Source: Candidatus Pacebacteria bacterium CG_4_9_14_0_2_um_filter_40_15 (GTDB lineage: Bacteria > Patescibacteriota > Microgenomatia > UBA1400 > PJMF01). From it: a stretch of 64,000 bases of DNA. The translations under genes and the position numbers were made by a program. Below, piece by piece: positions 9,585 through 19,784 of the stretch. Every line of letters starts with the position of its first letter. Position 1 is the stretch's first letter. Location of the stretch: contig PFRS01000001.1 in assembly GCA_002788675.1 (NCBI GenBank), positions 234,706 through 298,705 on the forward strand, given 5' to 3'. Below the pieces are notes generated by a model, which saw only the letters and a program-made list of their open reading frames with translations, searched no databases and was not told the origin of the DNA.

Positions 9585-12017
9585 GTGCGACTCTGGTATA
9601 CTAATAGTATGGCAACGCCTCACGTATTACTCGAGCTCAGAACCGGTCGCGACAGTGCACACACACCAGAAGCATCTGTGCAATTATTTTCTGCACTTCC
9701 AGAACTCCATAACGAATGGTGGAGACGACTTGTCGGCCAAAATGAGCACCTGAGTGTTGAAATCATCACTGAAAATCAACAAATCTACTTTCAAATTTAT
9801 ACACCGCTCCGCCTCATGGAATACATAAAAGGCACTATAGCTGCCAGTTATCCAGGAGTAATGATGGCTGAGCTTAAGCGAGACATGATTGAGGCTCTCG
9901 ATAAACCTGAAACCTACTCCCAAGAGCAAAGCAGCTTTATTAGTATTGGTGACATTGCGCTTAAACGTGCAGAGTATTTACCCCTAAAAACGTATCAGGA
10001 TTTCAAAGACCTTGATCCACTCGCACCCCTTTTATCTACCCTTTCAAAACTCGATGCACTCGATAGAGTCGCTATTCAGTTCTGCATTACTCTCGACAGT
10101 GAAGAGTGGAAAAACCAAGGTCAACGCCTGATTGAAACCAATAAAAGTAGCGATTTGCTTAATGAAGTCATCACTGGCAAGCACCCTAAAAAAGCCTTAA
10201 TTGAGAAAAAAATTAAACCTTCAGCGCTGAAAGTTGCTATTAGAATGGCAGTCTCGGCACACACTAATGAGCGGAGCCAATTGCTTTTAGAAACAGTTGC
10301 CTCCTCTTTTGGAACAGTTACCGAAAGTGAAGGAAATAGTTTAGTCCTCAGAAAGATTTACTTCTGGAAAGAACAGTATCTCTCAATGATGCAGAAACGT
10401 TCGTTCCGTCGAACACGCTCGATGCACCTTTCTATCGATGAACTAGCCAGTATTCTCCACCTGCCAAGTAGCAGCCTCGAACCAATTCAAAACATCTCAT
10501 GGGGTAAGAATTTAATGGGTGAACCTCCTGAAAACCTACCGATTGTTACTCGAGAAATGCCGATTGAGCAGAAAAAAGAAATCAATCCTTTTGCAAAAAC
10601 ACTCTATAAGAACCAAGAAGCTGTGTATGGTCTTAAACGTGAAGACCGCCGTCGCCACATGTACGTGATTGGTAAAACTGGTACCGGTAAATCTACTCTC
10701 TTGGCTAATATGGCCATAAATGACCTCAAAAATGATGAAGGACTTTGTGTGATTGATCCACATGGTGACCTAGTTGAAACACTTCTTAACTACATCCCAT
10801 CTCGAAGAATCAATGACGTTATCTACTTTGACCCAGCCGATCCAGAACGAACAGTTCAGCTCAATCTCTTTGAAGGTGAAAATGTAGCTCACCGAGAACT
10901 CATCGCTTCAGGAATTGTCTCTGTCTTCCAAAAACTCTATGCATACTCCTGGGGACCACGACTTGAGTACATTTTGCGCAACGCCCTGCTCACCCTACTT
11001 AAGAGTGAAACGGCTCGCCTCTCCGACATTATCGACTTACTTACCAATAAAAAGTTTAGAGATAGCCTAGTTGAGGAACTCGATGACCCAGTCCTTAAAA
11101 ACTTCTGGCTCTATGAGTTCAACAAGCTGCAGGATCGCCAGCGAACAGAAGCCATTGCCCCAATTTTAAACAAAGTCGGACAGTTTGTGTCCTCTCCGCT
11201 CATTCGTGACGTAGTTAACTCAAGAAAAAGTTCATTCAGTATCGAAGAAGCCATGGATCAAGGCAAAATTGTCTTGGTTAATCTTTCCCAAGGAAAGCTT
11301 GGTGAAGACAACGCGACCCTTCTTGGAGCAATGCTGATTACTAAAATTCAGCTCGCAGCCATGTCTCGTGTGCATGTAGATGAAGAACACCGACGTGACT
11401 TCTATCTGTATGTCGACGAATTCCAGAATTTTGCTACAGAATCTTTCAACAAAATTCTCTCTGAGGCACGTAAATACCGTCTCAACCTGATCTTGGCTAA
11501 CCAGTACATTGCTCAGATTCCTGAAGAAGTTCAGAAGGCCATCTTTGGTAACTGTGGAAGCATTGTTAGTTTCGTGATGGGTGCCGAAGACGCCGCCGCT
11601 TTCGAGAGAGAATACGGCGAACGCTACACTAAAGAAGACTTGGTGTCACTGAGTAAACACCAGATTATCAATAAACTTTCAATCGATAACATGATCTCTC
11701 GCCCTTTCCCAGCATTTACCCTGGGGCCAGCTAAAAGTACAAATAAAAATCGAGGTAAAGTTATCAAGGTAAGTAGCGAGCGCTATGCAAAGCGCAAGAA
11801 ATCACTCGATCTTGCTGCCGAATTCCAAGCAAATAAAGAACGTATGGATCAGACTGATGAAGAAAAACAGGCTCAGATTGCTGAGGAGCAGCGTCGTGCA
11901 GAAATCAATAAAAAAGCTCGAGAAGCAGAAGGCTCACAAAAGCCTAAAAACAACAAACAAAACCAAGGGAAAAATAGTAACCAAAATCACAACAATCAAC
12001 AGAATAAGAAGAACTAA
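9585..12017 (+). CDS. TraD/VirD4/TrwB-family (type IV coupling protein-like) AAA ATPase, no N-terminal TM, K/N/Q-rich C-terminal tail
   Basis: Walker A VIGKTGTGKSTLLANM; DPHGDLVE; Walker B-like YLYVDEFQNF; C-terminal TraG-D_C-like block (ILANQYIAQIPEEVQKAIFGNCGSIVSF). Likely true start ATG at 9609 (MATPHV), with TATACT just upstream. Confidence 0.6.
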   Translation: MRLWYTNSMATPHVLLELRTGRDSAHTPEASVQLFSALPELHNEWWRRLVGQNEHLSVEIITENQQIYFQIYTPLRLMEYIKGTIAASYPGVMMAELKRDMIEALDKPETYSQEQSSFISIGDIALKRAEYLPLKTYQDFKDLDPLAPLLSTLSKLDALDRVAIQFCITLDSEEWKNQGQRLIETNKSSDLLNEVITGKHPKKALIEKKIKPSALKVAIRMAVSAHTNERSQLLLETVASSFGTVTESEGNSLVLRKIYFWKEQYLSMMQKRSFRRTRSMHLSIDELASILHLPSSSLEPIQNISWGKNLMGEPPENLPIVTREMPIEQKKEINPFAKTLYKNQEAVYGLKREDRRRHMYVIGKTGTGKSTLLANMAINDLKNDEGLCVIDPHGDLVETLLNYIPSRRINDVIYFDPADPERTVQLNLFEGENVAHRELIASGIVSVFQKLYAYSWGPRLEYILRNALLTLLKSETARLSDIIDLLTNKKFRDSLVEELDDPVLKNFWLYEFNKLQDRQRTEAIAPILNKVGQFVSSPLIRDVVNSRKSSFSIEEAMDQGKIVLVNLSQGKLGEDNATLLGAMLITKIQLAAMSRVHVDEEHRRDFYLYVDEFQNFATESFNKILSEARKYRLNLILANQYIAQIPEEVQKAIFGNCGSIVSFVMGAEDAAAFEREYGERYTKEDLVSLSKHQIINKLSIDNMISRPFPAFTLGPAKSTNKNRGKVIKVSSERYAKRKKSLDLAAEFQANKERMDQTDEEKQAQIAEEQRRAEINKKAREAEGSQKPKNNKQNQGKNSNQNHNNQQNKKN

Positions 12018-12044
12018 CTGCTCCTCCACTCTTCACTCAAGTTT

Positions 12045-13433
12045 CTATAGCAAGTCGAAATCTCTCAAAACATCCTCAACTCGTGAATGTGTCTTTTTTG
12101 ACACAATGTGTTCAAAACCCAATCTTTTTGCCTCTTTGATGCGTCTTTCAAGCAAATTAACCGAGCGAACCTCGCCCAAGAGTCCCACTTCGCCCACAAA
12201 AACTGTTCGTTTAGGAATGGTCTTATTTTTAAGCGATGATGCTATGGCGACAGCTAAACCCAAATCAATTGCTGGCTCTTTCACATCAAACCCACCAGCT
12301 ACACTTACGAAAATATCGTTCGTACCTAAGGGAACCCGACAGTGTTTTTGCAAAACGGCAGCCATAACTTGGATTCTGGAGAGCTGAACACCCCTTCCTA
12401 CTCGACGAGGCATAGCTAACTGCGACCCAATAACTAACGCTTGAATTTCAAGCAGTAACGGTCGTGTACCTTCAACCACACACACGGTAGCGGAACCTGA
12501 AATATCTTTAGTATCGTCTGTTAAAAAGAGTTCTGATGGGTTTGAAACAGATTCGTATCCGAATTCGCGCACCCGAAAGACGCCAACTTCATCCGTCGCT
12601 CCAAAGCGATTTTTTATCGCTCTAAGCAGTCGCAAATCTGCCGTTCTTTCGCCTGTTAGCTCCAATACTGAGTCAACAATGTGTTCAAGGATTTTTGGAC
12701 CCGAAATCTTACCATCTTTAGTGACGTGTCCAACCAAAAAAGTTGGAATGTGATATTTTTTTGCAGTCTTGGTTATTTTGTCGGTCGACTCTCTAACTTG
12801 TCCGACACTACCGGCCACACCACTCAGTTCAGCCGTCGTAATAGTTTGGATACTATCAACCACCACTAAACTAGGTCGCTCTTTTTCCATGTGAGTAGTA
12901 ATCACATCTACATCGGTAGAAGTAACAAAAAGCAACAACTCTTGCTGTTCTTTTGTAAGCTTAGACCCTGCAATACGTTCAATACGCAATGCAATCTGGG
13001 ATGGGTTCTCTTCTCCACAGACATACATAAGTGGAGAGAGCTTTTTTTTACTCTTTGGGGACGTGTCAGTGTTTTTTAAAATTTCGACCAACATCTGTGT
13101 GAGGATAGTAGACTTACCAATTCCTGGTTCTCCACCAATAAGCATCACAGCTCCCGGAACCATGCCTTTGTTGTTTTTTTCACCGCCCAAAACACGGTCG
13201 AACTCTCCAATACCTGTTGAAAAACGCGATTTTGCGCCGCTGAGTGACTCCACCTCTGGTAAAGACACTATCGAAGACTTTACTTTGGCAGTACTCACCG
13301 GTTTTGGAGCTGAGCTGTCGACAACTTCTTCCACAAGTGTGTTCCACTCACCACAACTACCACACTGCCCAGCCCACCTTGGAGATGACCAGCCACATTC
13401 TTGACACACAAACAATGATTTTGATTTTGCCAT
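12045..13433 (-). CDS. radA: DNA repair protein RadA/Sms
   Basis: N-terminal C4 zinc finger (CQECGWSSPRWAGQCGSCGEW); RecA-like Walker A GEPGIGKST; KNRFG motif; Lon-like C-terminal domain. Confidence 0.9.
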   Translation of the reverse strand: MAKSKSLFVCQECGWSSPRWAGQCGSCGEWNTLVEEVVDSSAPKPVSTAKVKSSIVSLPEVESLSGAKSRFSTGIGEFDRVLGGEKNNKGMVPGAVMLIGGEPGIGKSTILTQMLVEILKNTDTSPKSKKKLSPLMYVCGEENPSQIALRIERIAGSKLTKEQQELLLFVTSTDVDVITTHMEKERPSLVVVDSIQTITTAELSGVAGSVGQVRESTDKITKTAKKYHIPTFLVGHVTKDGKISGPKILEHIVDSVLELTGERTADLRLLRAIKNRFGATDEVGVFRVREFGYESVSNPSELFLTDDTKDISGSATVCVVEGTRPLLLEIQALVIGSQLAMPRRVGRGVQLSRIQVMAAVLQKHCRVPLGTNDIFVSVAGGFDVKEPAIDLGLAVAIASSLKNKTIPKRTVFVGEVGLLGEVRSVNLLERRIKEAKRLGFEHIVSKKTHSRVEDVLRDFDLL

Positions 13434-13465
13434 ACGTTTTATGATGGAGTGGTTATATGCGATAC

Positions 13466-13792
13466 TTATTCAACAGCGAGATATATCTTGCCAACAAATA
13501 GAGTGTCTCCACTATATTGACCCACAACTGTCACCGATTGATTTTCGAACTGACTAAACTCTACCCCGTAACTTTCCACTTCTTCCATCTTTCCATTTGC
13601 TGCCTTAATATAGTACTTTTCACCTTGTTTCACAAGCATACCCGATTTTGTTGTTTCACCGCTCTTATCTTCTGCTGCAGGAACCGAACCTGTTTCAGAA
13701 TTACCAGATGAACCTTCTTGTGTTTGCGTTTGTGTACATGCTGCAAGTGTAAGACTACTTACAACTAACAGTGCGAGAATATATTTTTTCAT
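13466..13792 (-). CDS. Small secreted lipoprotein
   Basis: Signal peptide with lipobox (LTLAAC) then a hydrophilic Thr/Gln/Ser-rich linker. Confidence 0.55.
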   Translation of the reverse strand: MKKYILALLVVSSLTLAACTQTQTQEGSSGNSETGSVPAAEDKSGETTKSGMLVKQGEKYYIKAANGKMEEVESYGVEFSQFENQSVTVVGQYSGDTLFVGKIYLAVE

Positions 13793-13869
13793 AGATGCCT
13801 TTCACCTACCTGACAGGTACTTGTTACTTTTAGTATGCGCAAAAGTAGTCCCTAACACAAGGGGGACTC

Positions 13870-14382
13870 CTATTTTTCCTCGAGAAGCTTTGTTGTTGAC
13901 TCGTTAGGATTATAGTCAAGAACCACTACAACTCTGCCACCATATTGTGAAAGAATAGCCTGTTTTTTATCTAAGTGCTTAGTATGAGAAGAGACTGCTA
14001 GATAGGTTGGCTGAATTTGAGAAATTACTGCCTGATGCTGTTCTGGATGTGAAAATTCTTCAGGAAGAATAACAACTATGTCGGCAGCATCTAAATCAAG
14101 GAGCTGTCTGCGTCGTTCAGCCTGAGAAAAGTGGGGTCTTGTGGGGCCTTTTATTTGGCGCACCCGAGCGTCAGACTCGAGTGCGACAATCAAGATGTCG
14201 CCCATTTCTCGAGCATTTGCTAAAAAGTGAAGATGTTCTTGGTGCAGCACATCAAACACACCAGTTACCAAAACTCGCGTTAAACCATCTGTTTCATTCA
14301 ATACATCAGCTAGAGGGGTAGGAAGCATGTACGGCGAATCAAACGTGTGAATTCGAGTATCTAGTTCGGGATCAAAAACCAT
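13870..14382 (-). CDS. Cytidylyltransferase-like nucleotidyltransferase (RfaE domain II / glycerol-3-phosphate cytidylyltransferase family)
   Basis: GVFDVLHQEHLHFL matches the (H/T)xGH nucleotidyltransferase motif; size about 170 aa. Confidence 0.5.
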   Translation of the reverse strand: MVFDPELDTRIHTFDSPYMLPTPLADVLNETDGLTRVLVTGVFDVLHQEHLHFLANAREMGDILIVALESDARVRQIKGPTRPHFSQAERRRQLLDLDAADIVVILPEEFSHPEQHQAVISQIQPTYLAVSSHTKHLDKKQAILSQYGGRVVVVLDYNPNESTTKLLEEK

Positions 14383-14408
14383 AGAGCAAGTATACCTAAA
14401 AATATTGG

Positions 14409-15347
14409 TTAGTACACCAGGCGTTTCAGGCTACTTTTCCAGTTTTCAAATACTTGGGTATGCGTGTCGCGAGGATGAAAAAAAGCAAAGGACTGCCCTA
14501 CTCGCTCTGATGTTCTATGTGGCAACATATACACAAGTTGAACTGCATACAAAACTGCGTTTAACCAAGCTGCAGGATACTTCCAAAAGAGTACCGTTGC
14601 GATCTGAGATTTGAGCAATTGCTTTGACTTCATAATATTTGGCTGAGCATGACGAGCACGTTGATACAGTTTTGGGAGAATGGATTTAGCCCAAAGATTT
14701 GTGGTGTAATACTGTCTAAACACGTTAGGTTCAGCAAGAACCCATTCAGCCTGAAACAATTCATAGGCCGTATAGATGCTGCGTTTATTTTTAGGGAGAC
14801 CCAACTGCGTCTCCTCTAACCAAAAATTAAAGCACCAACTATTTTTTTCTTCACGCTTCCAAGATCGACGTTTCTTTTTGTACCAAGCATAAGCAACAAC
14901 AACTGGCCGCACTAACCAAAGACTGTGTGGCTTAGTAATAATAAGAAAATCAACATCATCATCTTGGGTTGCATTATTCATAGCAACCGAGCCAGTAATT
15001 AACACGCCTGAAATCCAAGGAATCTTCCCCAAAAAAGCAATTAGTTCTCTGCTCTCGCGTCGTTTCTTTTTAGCAAACTTTGTTCGAGCTGTCCTAGTAT
15101 GACTTAACTCTTTTGCTGAAGACTGTACCGAAGGAATTGAAAAAAATGAATCTCTCTGATTAAGCAAACCACTGGTTTGCATTTTTTTAAGCACCTGATG
15201 AAAGTGAGTAGTTGAAACAGAAACATCTGGAAGCAGCGCTAACAATCGCTCCTTAATCTCTGCTCTACGAAGCGGAAACTCAAACTGATCGGTATACCCC
15301 ACCGCCAAAAGGATCTGTTTTGCTAGTGTGCGATCGTTTCTGTCCAT
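14409..15347 (-). CDS. Hypothetical protein, possible minimal nucleotidyltransferase fold
   Basis: GSVAMNNATQDDDVDFLII resembles a GS...D.D nucleotidyltransferase signature; otherwise basic and uncharacterised. Confidence 0.3.
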   Translation of the reverse strand: MDRNDRTLAKQILLAVGYTDQFEFPLRRAEIKERLLALLPDVSVSTTHFHQVLKKMQTSGLLNQRDSFFSIPSVQSSAKELSHTRTARTKFAKKKRRESRELIAFLGKIPWISGVLITGSVAMNNATQDDDVDFLIITKPHSLWLVRPVVVAYAWYKKKRRSWKREEKNSWCFNFWLEETQLGLPKNKRSIYTAYELFQAEWVLAEPNVFRQYYTTNLWAKSILPKLYQRARHAQPNIMKSKQLLKSQIATVLFWKYPAAWLNAVLYAVQLVYMLPHRTSERVGQSFAFFHPRDTHTQVFENWKSSLKRLVY

Positions 15348-15460
15348 GAATGCATCATAGCATTAGTGGAAGAACTGTACAAAAGCATAATTGGGCAAAA
15401 AAAAGCCTCCGATCTATGACCGGAGGCTTTACTAAAGTTAAAAATACATTTTGTTGATTT

Positions 15461-16048
15461 TTACCGAACGCCTACAACGAGCCATGCGGCTAACAACATG
15501 GACACGATTGTCCAAATGGCCGCGGCTTCTGTATGGCCGGCACGGAAATTTTCAACATAAGTCGTAATGGATTTCATTCCCAACTGGAAGCGACTAAAAA
15601 CTGCTGTGAACAGCAACGCCCAAAGGTAAAACTGGGGAAGCCGAACAAGCAAGTTTGCAGCGTAGTTTGGTAACACCGTGTAGGGTGTCATGAAGACCAC
15701 CCAACCAATGGCCAGAACTGCGAAGGCATTCACCCACGCCACTGAATCATTGGAGTCATCAGCGAGCTGTTGCTCTTTCAACAACTTACTGTTATTTGCA
15801 AACCCAATAAGGGAAGCAGTAACAGGATTGACGAAAAAACGAACAACTGCCAACAAAAGCACCACCTTGGCCAAGCCTTCCAAAATGGGAAAGCCACATG
15901 CCCAGGTGATGTCGAACATGGTAACCGGACTGGTTGCGCACGAGCTTACTGAGCGTAAAGGTAAATACTGCTGTGCGAACAACCCAACTGCAATTAAAGC
16001 CAGTGCGATCAAGGCACTTAAAAGAAGTGGTTTACGTGTACCGTTCAT
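15461..16048 (-). CDS. Integral membrane protein (hypothetical), GC-rich island
   Basis: 5-6 predicted TM helices; noticeably higher GC than flanking genes. Confidence 0.4.
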   Translation of the reverse strand: MNGTRKPLLLSALIALALIAVGLFAQQYLPLRSVSSCATSPVTMFDITWACGFPILEGLAKVVLLLAVVRFFVNPVTASLIGFANNSKLLKEQQLADDSNDSVAWVNAFAVLAIGWVVFMTPYTVLPNYAANLLVRLPQFYLWALLFTAVFSRFQLGMKSITTYVENFRAGHTEAAAIWTIVSMLLAAWLVVGVR

Positions 16049-16122
16049 GGTTATTCCTTTTTATGGTAGTGCGCTGGCGAAGCCAGCGCACTACATAATT
16101 CAACAGATTATAAAAAACTAAA

Positions 16123-17007
16123 CTAACCAGCAGCTGCCGCAATCTCTGCCATGATGTCGACATCAACGCCATTGATGTCATACTGCGCCATAGCCATGTC
16201 AGCAAAACTCACAGGTGTTTGCGCATCCAAATCCTGGTCAACAACCTTGTCTGCGCGATATTCAGCACGCGCACTGGTCATTTGACCTTGCAAATCGGAC
16301 ATGAAGTTGTTGACACCATTGTCATCAGCAGTTTGGTTGTGAGCTTTATCAGCTAACGCCAATGCCTGCTTATGAGTTTCAATTGCCAGCATAATCCCAG
16401 GGGCCTTCACTTCAATCTGACGCAGGACTTCTTCAGCCTGCTTCAGATTTGCGAGCGAAACCTGGTAGCTTTCTTCTAAGACGGCATACGTATCTTCATA
16501 CATCGCCAATTCACCAGAAGACAAAGCTTTGATTTCTTGAGCACCCTGAGCAATCTGTGCATCCAACTTGGTGGCCTCGCCATTCATCCACGCCGGAAAA
16601 ACAGACTTTTGAACAGTGATGTTAACTTGAGCTGCCAAAGCAACCAGTTCATCACTTGGAACAATCCGACCTGAATCGTTGGGCACACCGGCGGCTTCTT
16701 CACGAAGCAGCTGGGAAACCTTGTGTAACCGGCCAGCAAATACAATCATTTTTTCGCGCTGTCCCGCGAGCCGTTCCATTGGTTCCAAGGCCTGTGTGAG
16801 TGGGTCCTTGAGTGCCAACATCTGGGCGCGGATTTGACGTGCCGTCAAACGCATATCAGTGACCTGCTTTGCAGCACTGTCGCGTAAAATCGATAACACG
16901 TCTTGATCATTCAGAAATGCTTGAGCCAGCTTGTTACGTCCGTTCTCAAACATTTTTTCGACCATAGCGGAAAAGGAAATTTGTTGTACTTTTAATTGAG
17001 TAGCCAT
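16123..17007 (-). CDS. Coiled-coil stress-protein-like (PspA/IM30- or TelA-like) protein
   Basis: All-helical, no TM; N-terminal amphipathic SFSAMVEKMFENGRNKLAQAFL resembles the PspA/Vipp1 start. Assignment tentative. Confidence 0.3.
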   Translation of the reverse strand: MATQLKVQQISFSAMVEKMFENGRNKLAQAFLNDQDVLSILRDSAAKQVTDMRLTARQIRAQMLALKDPLTQALEPMERLAGQREKMIVFAGRLHKVSQLLREEAAGVPNDSGRIVPSDELVALAAQVNITVQKSVFPAWMNGEATKLDAQIAQGAQEIKALSSGELAMYEDTYAVLEESYQVSLANLKQAEEVLRQIEVKAPGIMLAIETHKQALALADKAHNQTADDNGVNNFMSDLQGQMTSARAEYRADKVVDQDLDAQTPVSFADMAMAQYDINGVDVDIMAEIAAAAG

Positions 17008-17079
17008 TGTTAATCTCTAAGCTCCTTGCTTATTTTGAATTGAAATAAAAGGTTAATAAAATTTGTCTTGGATATAAAA

Positions 17080-17901
17080 CTAAAACAACTGTTTAATATC
17101 CATTTCGGGATCAAACGGAGTGCAACGGAATAATCCGCCACGACCCCTTGCTTCATCCCGTGCGTCAATGTAAAACAGCCAATCTGTCCCTTCCATCTGA
17201 CGGGAAGTGACAAAAAATGTTCTATCGCCGTCGTATACAATACCATCAGTATTGCCTTCGACGTCAAAAAAGAACTTGCCAATATCATGAACTCGCCATT
17301 GTGTTCCCTGAGTTAAACCGCCGGGAAGAGAATAAACTATCTCTTTCCCATAAATGTTTTGCCCCAAGTTTTTGAACAACTTAGCTGGGCCAGGATCATT
17401 ATCATCGCCTTTATAAAAGTCAGCAAGTGATCCAAGGGTTGGAATCAGGGTTCCCTTCATCCAAACAAAATTACCTCCTTCAGCTGATGGAATCCGGAAG
17501 ATCCACTCATTACCTACCCAAACAGCCTTTGAAGGTCCTTCAGGTTTAGTAACCCAACGGCGCTCTCCAAACATTTCTTGAGTCTTTGGTGTTAATGTCA
17601 TTGAAGCAGTTACAACACTATCACCACCAGAAAAATCAGTGGTATAGGTAATAACATTGCCTGGTTCGACTACATCCATTTTCGCTACATTTGAGGCAGA
17701 GGCTGGCAACACATCTGTTCGTAGAACATTTACATCTTCAACATCTACCTCATCAGCAACCTTCATGCCCGAGATTCGAGCAATCAGGCGTTTCCCTTCA
17801 GGAGTTACCAGATAGCGCCGGCCGTAATAAAACAGGCCAGTGCAAGCGGCAACCAACAAAATGGAACCTAAAATCATGAGTAAACTTAAAAACGTGGACA
17901 T
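17080..17901 (-). CDS. Membrane-anchored hypothetical protein
   Basis: Single N-terminal TM (LLMILGSILLVAACTGLFYY) then a 240-aa domain with no known motif; 2-nt spacing to the upstream gene. Confidence 0.45.
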   Translation of the reverse strand: MSTFLSLLMILGSILLVAACTGLFYYGRRYLVTPEGKRLIARISGMKVADEVDVEDVNVLRTDVLPASASNVAKMDVVEPGNVITYTTDFSGGDSVVTASMTLTPKTQEMFGERRWVTKPEGPSKAVWVGNEWIFRIPSAEGGNFVWMKGTLIPTLGSLADFYKGDDNDPGPAKLFKNLGQNIYGKEIVYSLPGGLTQGTQWRVHDIGKFFFDVEGNTDGIVYDGDRTFFVTSRQMEGTDWLFYIDARDEARGRGGLFRCTPFDPEMDIKQLF

Positions 17902-17903
17902 AT

Positions 17904-19784
17904 CTAATAACCTCCGCCGTCATCATAGCCACCGCCCGATGACGAATTATATCCGCCACCATCGTTATAGCTACCAGAACTTGAACTGCTACTGGATCCA
18001 CTACTAAACCCGCCGCCATCATTACTTGAACAGCAACTTCCGCTGCTACTCGATGATGAGCTTTCGGCTGCTTGCCGGGCTGCTTCTTCAGCAGCTCGTT
18101 GAGCGGCCTCGCGGGCTCTTTCTTGGCGGTCCATCTCGTCATCATACGCTCGTTCTGCACGAGCGCCGGTGCCTTCAGCCGAATTGTACGACTGATCAGC
18201 TAAAGTACATGCGCTTTCATACTGATGAGAGTTTGCGGCATTGTTTGCCCGCGATAACAACTCAACAGCACTATTAAAGTCACTCCGGGCGCTACTACTG
18301 TAGCTCCCGTAGCTACTTACGCGTGAACTATTTGACGAAATTTCTGCCTCTGCTCTATCTTGTTTTCCTGGCCATGAAGACCGAAAACCTTCGAGAGAGT
18401 TTTTAAGAGATACTACCTGTCCACTTAGGTTACTTGCCTCTTGAAGATTGCTAATGCTTCCACCCATTTGGTTTTTTGCAGTCAAAAATTCTTGATTGCT
18501 CAAACTTTGTGAGGTGTTCGCATAGGCATCTTCAGCAAAACCAACCAAGCGCCAGGCTTCAGAAATATTGTTCTGTTTCCCGTTCCACGTTGAGGAGTTG
18601 TGGTATCTTTCGATAGTACTCCACGCACTCTCCGCAGTACGGATATCAGAAATGGCCGTTGAATGAACAGAAGAATATCGAGCCAACAGGTTGTTGGTCT
18701 CGATGTAGGCGTTGACTTGGGTGTTTGCGCTTGTCACAGACTGTTGTGCCTGCAACAAAGCAAGTTTTCCAGCTTCATACGAAGCCGGCCAATCAACTTT
18801 ACCATCAACAACAGAAACAACGAAAATATCTTTTGCAGCTTTCAAACTTTCTGCTGCATCTAATACCTGTTGCCGGGAAACACTTAGCGCGCCACTAAAG
18901 CCCCAATTGTACTGGGCATTGATGACGGATAGGCGGTCCCAAGCCGCGTTAATAGCGGCCTCTGCTTCTACGATTTTTGGTTCTGCGCCATCACGTGCCT
19001 CGACTTGGTAGTCAAGACCCGCAGTGACTTTGTGTTGGTGAACATTGATTTGATCAATGAGCACCTTTGCCCGGGTAATTTGCTCTTGTGCCGCTGTCGG
19101 GTTTCCCCGATGCGACAAATCATTCCAGTCTGGCATTAAACCAGACGCTGTGTTCATGTGCTGTTGCACACTAGACAGCTTTTGGGATGATTGTCGCAAC
19201 TCTTCTTGAAGAGGGGCCATGTATGTTTCTAACCATTCATGGGACTCTGCTCCAAAGCGAGTCTCTGCAACGTTTTGAGAACTAACCAGTTGTTCTACCA
19301 ATAAAGTGGCTTCTGCCTGATTTAATGACACCTGCTCACGCAAAGTAACATTGTAATCAAACAAGGTAATAGTGACATCAACAAACGCTTTGGCATTTTG
19401 AACCTCTACGATTGCTTGTTGATATCTCCTTACACGAGATGAAGGCCAACCACGGCCAGCATCTTGAAACGTCGAACGCGATGTTTCGAGTATAGCGTGC
19501 GCTTCAGCCAAATCTGACTGAAAACTTCGCCCATTACTAGTAATCGAAAAATCTTCAGAAAACCAGTTTTGTTCTTGGATTCTATCCTCAGCCTGTTGAA
19601 TTAAAACCTCAACTTGCCGAAGACCTTCTTCAGAGCTGTTTCTGTACGAGCGCAAAACCATGTTTGGCACGACAAAAAACAGAAATAAAGAGAATACCAA
19701 TAACCCACTGGAATACTGAATCCCCAAAAGGGGATTGCGCCCTAAGTTCCGAAAAAAGCGATCAATACTTCTTTTCAGATCCAT
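17904..19784 (-). CDS. Membrane-anchored long coiled-coil protein with Ser/Gly/Tyr-rich C-terminal tail
   Basis: N-terminal TM, about 500 aa coiled coil (EzrA-like architecture), C-terminal SSSSSSSGSCCSSNDGGGFSSGSSSSSSSGSYNDGGGYNSSSGGGYDDGGGY. Confidence 0.5.
   Translation of the reverse strand: MDLKRSIDRFFRNLGRNPLLGIQYSSGLLVFSLFLFFVVPNMVLRSYRNSSEEGLRQVEVLIQQAEDRIQEQNWFSEDFSITSNGRSFQSDLAEAHAILETSRSTFQDAGRGWPSSRVRRYQQAIVEVQNAKAFVDVTITLFDYNVTLREQVSLNQAEATLLVEQLVSSQNVAETRFGAESHEWLETYMAPLQEELRQSSQKLSSVQQHMNTASGLMPDWNDLSHRGNPTAAQEQITRAKVLIDQINVHQHKVTAGLDYQVEARDGAEPKIVEAEAAINAAWDRLSVINAQYNWGFSGALSVSRQQVLDAAESLKAAKDIFVVSVVDGKVDWPASYEAGKLALLQAQQSVTSANTQVNAYIETNNLLARYSSVHSTAISDIRTAESAWSTIERYHNSSTWNGKQNNISEAWRLVGFAEDAYANTSQSLSNQEFLTAKNQMGGSISNLQEASNLSGQVVSLKNSLEGFRSSWPGKQDRAEAEISSNSSRVSSYGSYSSSARSDFNSAVELLSRANNAANSHQYESACTLADQSYNSAEGTGARAERAYDDEMDRQERAREAAQRAAEEAARQAAESSSSSSSGSCCSSNDGGGFSSGSSSSSSSGSYNDGGGYNSSSGGGYDDGGGY

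Noticed and set aside
11785-12387. 200-aa plus-strand ORF overlapping the end of the T4CP-like gene and radA
   Set aside because: Alternative frame of the T4CP-like gene, then antisense to radA. Basic low-complexity translation of an A-rich coding region.
17010-17288. 92-aa ORF downstream of the 273-aa gene
   Set aside because: Overlaps the 3' end of the 17080-17901 gene in another frame; no support.
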